Made by a program: the position numbers and the translations under genes. DNA of 39,655 nt, from contig NC_068988.1 of assembly GCF_001194135.2 (NCBI RefSeq), positions 83,650,185-83,689,839 on the forward strand. The letters are read 5' to 3'. Within the stretch, counting starts at the first letter, position 1. Every line of letters starts with the position of its first letter. Shown here in pieces: positions 32,510 through 39,655 of this stretch. The notes under the pieces were generated by a model. That model did not search any database, was not told the DNA's origin, and saw only the letters and a program-made list of their open reading frames with translations. The DNA is from Octopus bimaculoides. Lineage: Eukaryota.

Positions 32510-32814
32510 TTAACAATGGAAACTGGTATATTAATTAATTATTCATTTACTCCTATATGTATAAAATCCGTAAAATATAGACATTGATAAATAAATGAAA
32601 TATCCGGCACATATTTCAGCTGATTTACCAAGAACATATCCATTTATAATTATATAATTAAATAATTAATCTATTTAACAAAACAGCTTCATCAGGGAGT
32701 TTAAGAGAAAGTTCCTATTTACACCATTACTTATTCATTAATATCTATAATTTTGGATTTCATAGATGTAAGAATAAATAGATAATTAATTAGTATACCA
32801 GTTTCCATTGTTAA
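32510..32814. mobile_element. 305-bp element with about 40-bp terminal inverted repeats, enclosing a hammerhead fold
   Basis: ttaacaatggaaactggtatattaattaatt... vs ...aattaattagtataccagtttccattgttaa; TTAA at both ends. Confidence 0.7.
32606..32725 (-). ncRNA. Hammerhead ribozyme fold, type III-like topology (degenerate)
   Basis: AUA triplet (A at 32716), helix I hairpin ggaacttt-ctctt-aaactcc, CUGAUGA at 32695-32689, helix II agctg/cagct around a 61-nt loop, GAAA at 32617-32614, helix III ggtgtaaat/atatgtgcc with G-U pairs and one mismatch. Confidence 0.5.
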
Positions 32815-33095
32815 ATTTTGTTTTATATTCTCTAGACCTGCGTACATCATGTATTAAGACAAAAGTAATTATTGGAAATACTATATGTTCTTCAGTCCTC
32901 CTCTGAGACTTACTTTGTATCTACCTGGACTTATCATCCAACTTTGATAATTATATATATATATTCTCACGGTGGTGCACCAGCATGACCGCAGCCACTT
33001 GGCTGAAACCCATAAATAAATAAATATACACACATGTATACATATGCATATATGTACATACAAATATACATATACCTACATATATATATACACAT

Positions 33096-33138
<43 letters not shown>

Positions 33139-33169
33139 CACACACACAACACACGCACACACACACACA

Positions 33170-34640
33170 ATCATCATCATCGTCGTTTAATGTCCACTTT
33201 CCATGCTGGCATGGGTTGGACAGTTTAACTGAGGGCTGGCAAACCAGAAGGTTGCACCAAGCTCCAATCCGATCAGGCAATGTTTCTACAGCTGAATGCC
33301 CTTCCTAATGTCAACCACTCCGAGAGTGTAGTGGGTGCTTTTTGTGTGCCACCAGCACAAGGGCCAGTTGGGTGGTACTGACATTGGCCATGCTTGGATG
33401 ATACTTTTTACATGCCATCAGCATGGGAGCCAGTCAGGTGGCACTGGCAACGACCACGCTCGAATGGTGCTTTTTACTTGCCACCGGCATGGGAACAATC
33501 AGCTGGCATTGGCACTGACCATGCTTGACTGGTGTTTTCTGTGTGCCACTGGCATGAGTGCCAATCAGGTAGTACTATCATTGGCCACAACAACTTCACT
33601 TGCCTCAACAGGTCTTCGCAAGTGTTTATTGCCCAAATGATTGAAGGGTACTCTTAAATGGACTTGTTATGCTGCACTGGCATAGGCCATGGTTATGGTC
33701 TCACTTGGCTTGCCAGGTTTTCTCAATCACAGCATATCTCGAAAGGTCTCAGTCACTTGTCATCACCTCGGTGAGGCCCATCGTTCAAAGGCCATGCTTC
33801 AACACCACATCCTAGGTCCACAGGTTCCCTCTACTGCTAGGGTGTGACACTTTTTCACACAGCTGTCCTCATTCATACGCAACACATGACCATAGCAGCG
33901 CAGTCATCTCTCTTGCACACCACATCTGATGCTTCTTATGTCCAACTTTTCTCTCAGGGCACTTACATTCTGTCATGTATGCACACTGACATTACACATC
34001 CAGCGGAGTATACTAGCTTCATTCCATGCAAGCTTATGCATGTCCTCAGCAGTGATGGCCTCATGTTTCACTGCCATGTAGCATGGCTGTTCGCACACAT
34101 GCATCATACAGTCAGCCTTTTACTCTGAGCGAGAGGCCCTTTGTCACCAGCAGAGGTAGGAGCTCTCTGAACTTTACCCACGCTATTCTTATTCTAGCAG
34201 CTACACTCTCAGAGCAACCACCCCCACTACTGACTTGGTAACAGAAGCTATCAGCTACTTGTAGTTTTTTCCCCTGGAATGTGATGGAAGCTGTTTTCTG
34301 CACATTTTCAGTATTTATTGCTCCTGAGCATTTTCCACACACAAAAACTATCTTTTCAGTTAGTCTTCCTTTGATATTGCTGCACCTCTTATATGTCCAT
34401 AACTTATACCGGGTACATCTTACGGAGTTTCTACCTACACCTTTTCTACAGATGAAGTAAGGCCATCTACCTGAAGGGATTTGTAGTTTTTCTGCCTTCC
34501 TACTTATTAAGACTTTGGTTTTTGCTAGATTGACTCTAAGGCCCTTCATTTCTAGACCTTGCTTCCACACCTGAAACTTCTCCTCTAGTTCTGATAGTGG
34601 CTCAGCTACTAGAGCAAGGTCATCAGCATTCTGGTTAATA
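33170..34640 (-). mobile_element. 5'-truncated RTE LINE (ORF end, 3' UTR, (GAT)n tail)
   Basis: ADDLALVAEPLSELEEKFQVWKQGLE...RIRIAWVKFRELLPLL; tail seen as (ATC)n at about 33170-33185. Confidence 0.9.
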
Positions 34641-35147
34641 ATTAATATACAGATATCTGATTCTTGGCTTATAATTAATATATAGATAGCATGTTTATCT
34701 TTCCAGTATTCCATAAGTAAATGGCATGAGCAGTCTTTACAGAAACCACTTATTATTACTTATTAGAAATAAATAATTAAGAAGATGAATGAATATTAAA
34801 CTGATTCTATGTAATCTTTTCTTTTTAATGTTGAAAATTGATATATACACACATTTTACTTATTTGGTTATGATATCATTTTTGATAATCTTAAATTTCA
34901 TTTTATTTTTATACAACATAACAATATTGTTTATAAATAATTACCCATAGTACTCCATGATAAAATTTCCTCTGTATTAACATCATAGGTTTTGTTAGTG
35001 TCTTGCCCCTTCAACTGGTAATTAACATCATGATTTAGGGTCTTCTCCTACTCAGCCTCCTTTTATAGACAGTTACTCTATACCCAATTTACTACTAATG
35101 TCTTGGCAATATTTATGATGATACCTAGTTGTGAGCTGTCAACTCAC

Positions 35148-35350
35148 TCTTGCTATTCATTCCAAACAGACACAGTCTTCTAGTCTTAGATTTAGTAGCT
35201 GATAAAAATACAAATAAATTAGAAATGAACCACAATCCTTCACAAGCTATGACCCCAGTAGGCTTCATGCCTTTCTTGGAAGTGTGGTCTAGTCTTAGCT
35301 ACAATAGCGAAAACATGGATTTCTTCCATCTTCTTGCTCTGTTAAAGTAA
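35148..35350 (-). other. Candidate upstream OXNAD1 exon (ATG at 35268: MKPTGVIACE...KTRRLCLFGMNSK, possible targeting peptide)
   Basis: Acceptor tttttctcag, donor A|gtgagt, and a basic/hydrophobic peptide. There is no homology support, and a phase 1 to phase 0 linker exon was not found. Confidence 0.25.
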
Positions 35351-35401
35351 CTGAGAAAAATTATATTAATGTGTCCAACTGATTAAATTTCTATTTATTT
35401 G

Positions 35402-35487
35402 TGCAGCTGATGATAGCTCTGCATTCAAATTGATGTAACGATTGCATTGTTCAATTAAATGGAGATGCTTGAAACAGTCGTACTGCA
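35402..35487 (+). ncRNA. Type I hammerhead ribozyme fold
   Basis: Perfect 5-bp helix I tgcag/ctgca; CUGAUGA at 35407-35413; about 20-bp imperfect helix II 35414-35433/35451-35470; GAAAC-agtc-GUA (A at 35482). Confidence 0.72.
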
Positions 35488-35642
35488 TCATTTCTTGATA
35501 TCCTGTTGCTTATTTTGATTTTATGCACCTAACTTCAAACTGTGTGGATAATGCTGGACTGACTCTCGGTGCTTCAACTTAAGTACCTAATTCCACTGAA
35601 TCTCAATTATTTGTTATATATATATATATATATATGTATATG

Positions 35643-35962
35643 TGTAAAAGGCAGACTGTATGACGCATGTTTACGAACAGCCATGCTACATGGCAGTGAA
35701 ACATGGGCTGTAACTGCTGAGGACATACGTAAGCTCGCAAGGAATGAAGCCAGTATGCTCCGTTGGATGTGTAATGTCAATGTGAATACCCGTCAGAGTG
35801 TAAGTATCTTGAGAGAAAAGCTGAACATTAGAAGCATCAGTTGTGGCGTGCAAGAGAGACGATTGCGCTGGTATGGACATGTGGTGAGAATGGATGAGGA
35901 TAGCTGCGTGAAAAAGTGCCACACCCTAACAGTTGAGGGAACCCGTGGAAGAGGTAGGCCCA
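35643..35962 (+). mobile_element. RTE LINE ORF-end fragment running into a gap
   Basis: KGRLYDACLRTAMLHGSETWAVT...QERRLRWYGHVVRM...GRGRP. Confidence 0.88.
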
Positions 35963-37307
35963 NNNNNNNNNNNNNNNNNNNNNNNNNNNNNNNNNNNNNN
36001 NNNNNNNNNNNNNNNNNNNNNNNNNNNNNNNNNNNNNNNNNNNNNNNNNNNNNNNNNNNNNNNNNNNNNNNNNNNNNNNNNNNNNNNNNNNNNNNNNNNN
36101 NNNNNNNNNNNNNNNNNNNNNNNNNNNNNNNNNNNNNNNNNNNNNNNNNNNNNNNNNNNNNNNNNNNNNNNNNNNNNNNNNNNNNNNNNNNNNNNNNNNN
36201 NNNNNNNNNNNNNNNNNNNNNNNNNNNNNNNNNNNNNNNNNNNNNNNNNNNNNNNNNNNNNNNNNNNNNNNNNNNNNNNNNNNNNNNNNNNNNNNNNNNN
36301 NNNNNNNNNNNNNNNNNNNNNNNNNNNNNNNNNNNNNNNNNNNNNNNNNNNNNNNNNNNNNNNNNNNNNNNNNNNNNNNNNNNNNNNNNNNNNNNNNNNN
36401 NNNNNNNNNNNNNNNNNNNNNNNNNNNNNNNNNNNNNNNNNNNNNNNNNNNNNNNNNNNNNNNNNNNNNNNNNNNNNNNNNNNNNNNNNNNNNNNNNNNN
36501 NNNNNNNNNNNNNNNNNNNNNNNNNNNNNNNNNNNNNNNNNNNNNNNNNNNNNNNNNNNNNNNNNNNNNNNNNNNNNNNNNNNNNNNNNNNNNNNNNNNN
36601 NNNNNNNNNNNNNNNNNNNNNNNNNNNNNNNNNNNNNNNNNNNNNNNNNNNNNNNNNNNNNNNNNNNNNNNNNNNNNNNNNNNNNNNNNNNNNNNNNNNN
36701 NNNNNNNNNNNNNNNNNNNNNNNNNNNNNNNNNNNNNNNNNNNNNTATATATATATATATATATATGTAGTGGATCTTGCAGGTATGAAGTAGATTCGAT
36801 CCACCATGGCCAAATTTAAATTAACAGTTCAACAGAACTTTGCTCATGGTAAAACAATAGTTTTTCTGTGACAGCTGTTTTACATTTGCCAGATTGTTTT
36901 AGCTAGGCGAAATAATGTCTTCACCACTTGACCCTTTATAACCTCTTCTACTTCACCAAAAGCTAGAATAGAGATATCACAGACTACCAACTAAATCTAT
37001 TGTTCTCAACAACATGTCTATCTTTCTGGATAGTTATAAAAACAAGAAACCCCCAAGCAAAAATCAGTTAGTCACTTTGTGACAACTCAGTTAGTCAGTT
37101 GGTGACAACTCGTGAATTGAGAGAGAAAGAGAACTAACATCAGTTAGTGAACCAACCACTAGAATCATGGCCACAAGTGGGCAGATAAACGGCCAGAGGG
37201 AAAAAGCGACTATGCGAGACCCAACTTCCCACACTCTCTCACTCTTACTAGCTCACTTTATTTCCTCTTACAACATCACTTTATCTCTCTCCATAATTAC
37301 TACTCAC

Positions 37308-37374
37308 CAACTATACAAAGAAAATCTATGACATCTATCTTTACTTTGCATGCTTTTGAATTTTCATCACCTGC
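37308..37374 (-). other. Candidate 5' exon (67 nt), possibly OXNAD1 UTR
   Basis: Acceptor ttacctccacag and donor TTG|gtgagt; splice signals only. Confidence 0.2.
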
Positions 37375-38094
37375 CTGTGGAGGTAAGGTATTGTATAATT
37401 TAAAATAAATATTTTCTTCACAACTTCAATCACTGTTCTTTCATCTTTACGTAAAGGCAATCAATGAAGAACCAATTCCTTACAAACTGATTACGACTCT
37501 GACAGTCCATATTATCGTTATACACTAATTAAGTATATATATATATATGTGTATATATATGTATATATACATGTATATATGTGTGCATATATATATATAT
37601 ATGTATGTATATATCTCGTATACATAAATTGCAGTATGTGTTTGTATAATGACTAACACATACATTTCCACAATTCTGAACCAATTTTCTCCAAACTTTA
37701 CACACACATTAGTTATATCCCAAGGATAGTCATGCACTATAACATTTTTCTCAGAACTCGCATGTAACTGGATGTAAATGGACCTAGTTATTTGTATGTA
37801 GCGTCTTCCATACCTTTGTAATCTTTTCTTAAAAGTGAAAGGATTTTGTCTATTTACTTCAACTGTCCACCTGCACGGTGACCCAGTCAGGAAACAGGAT
37901 TTGGAAGCTGTCATTTTGTTTTTATGTAAAAAAATGTTTATGTTAATTTAAAAAATTTATCCAAAACATCTTATATAGCTGTTATTTTTAGCACAACACG
38001 TGTTATGTCTCTGGTAATTTTCTTTCATGTAAATAAATATTTATGTCAATTTAAAAGATTTTCCAAATTATATGTTATGTTTTGAGGGAATAAC

Positions 38095-39108
38095 ATGCCC
38101 AATCCATGAAGGAGGAAGCAGAGCAGATGCCAAAAACTATAGGCCTATCTCTCTGACCTCATACATCAGCAAAGTCATGGAACGGATAGTCAGAGAGAAA
38201 CTAATTGCATTCCTTGAAGAAAACGACTTGCTAAGTGATACCCAGCATGGCTTACGACCAGGTAGGAGCTACCTGACCCAGCTCTTGCAGCACTATGACT
38301 GGGTGTTGAAGCAGTTGCTCAACAACTCAAATGTGGACATAATATACCTTGACTTTGCAAAAGCTTTTGATAAAGTGGATCATGGTATGATATGCCACAA
38401 ACTGCGTGATCTCGACATAGCTGGAAACTTGGAGACTTTCTGAAAGATAGAAGTCAGGCAGTAGTGGCCAATGGAGCCACCACAATGAAAACACAAATGG
38501 TGAGCGGTGTTCCACCGGGCAATGTCCTGAGACCACTGCTCTTCATTGTGGCCTTCTCAGAGATGTCTTCAGCTGCCCGGATAGCCACCCTTGCTAGCTA
38601 TGCAGACGATATGAAAGTCTTGCAGAAAATACAGAACCCCAGTGATGTTGCGCACCTGCTGCAGGAGTTGGACTCAATTTACAGATGGGCTGAGAATAAT
38701 AATATGCAGTTTAATGCTGAAAAATTCCAACCCCTGCGCTACCAGTGTCCAAAACTGAATATAAAACTTACACGGCACCCTGGTCCACAGGGGATTACAA
38801 TCCCAGAGCCTAAATCAGTGAGGGACCTGGGTATCGACAGGAGTTATGATACCTCTTTCCAAGTGCACATTACCAAGATGGTGACAAAGTGCAGATGACT
38901 GGCTGGATGGAGCCTGAGAACATTCAGAACCAGAGATAAGGAAACCATGATGGTCCTCTCGAGGACATTCATCCTCAGCCGCCTGGATTACTGCTCCCAG
39001 CTATGGTTACCCAACAGTATAAAATTAACAGCAGACCTTGAAGCAATCCAGAGGAGATTCACAAAGAAGATTGTCTCATTGCAACAGCTCAGTTACTGGG
39101 AAAGAGTG
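38095..39108 (+). mobile_element. CR1-clade LINE RT pseudogene fragment
   Basis: NYRPISLTS, QHG, YLDFAKAFDKVDH, SGVP-G-VL-PLLF, YADD and SRLDYCSQLW; interrupted by frameshifts. Confidence 0.9.
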
Positions 39109-39622
39109 AAACATTCCACAACACTCCATACACACTAGCACTGACCACTTCCCAGCATCCACACCACTATCTGCACACCCATACACCATCATCTGTACAC
39201 CCACACACCATCATCCACACACCCACACATTACAGACACACACATCCACATATCGAAATCACTAGCCCCCTATCCACACACACACACACACTCACATACA
39301 CACACACATGCACGCACCTTCCTTATGGGATCACCAGTACTTTATTATCTCCCCTTCTTCCTAGCTCTCCTGTCTATTGTTTTCCCAACCAGTCGCCATG
39401 ATTAATTGCTAAATCCACATATTTCTTTTTATTCTCTCTCTGTTTATTTCCTCCTATTCCTTTCTGTTGAGGAGTGTAAAAGACCTTCTTACTTTCCTGA
39501 GCATCTAATACACCTGTTTGTTGTTCATAAACCTGTTTTCGTCTTTTGTTTTCCTGTAAATTTCCACTGTGTGTGTATATGCCTATATATATATATATAT
39601 ACACACATACACACATATAAAG

Positions 39623-39655
<33 letters not shown>

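Overview
AT-rich, microsatellite-dense animal genomic DNA from a draft scaffold with six N-gaps. The repeat content (RTE LINEs with (GAT)n tails, tRNA-derived SINEs) looks like Octopus; this is an inference. One host gene is recognisable: OXNAD1, an FNR-family oxidoreductase, on the minus strand. Five exons (31587-31478, 30315-30174, 28214-27966, 25745-25655, 23412-23246) splice in frame to 252 aa ending ERWW*; the N-terminal exon(s) were not identified. The rest is mobile DNA: many RTE, CR1 and L2 fragments, SINEs, a probable solo LTR, a hAT element with TIRs and TSD, a rearranged mariner, a Helitron fragment and MITE/foldback structures. The most notable signal is five hammerhead-ribozyme folds (9341-9454 -, 10132-10243 -, 12180-12293 +, 32606-32725 -, 35402-35487 +) in AT-rich elements mostly next to (AT)n or (GT)n tracts. 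They are probably Penelope-like pseudo-LTRs or retrozymes. All have an unusually large helix II domain, and four have a self-complementary or near self-complementary helix III. All folds were derived by eye and none has been tested.
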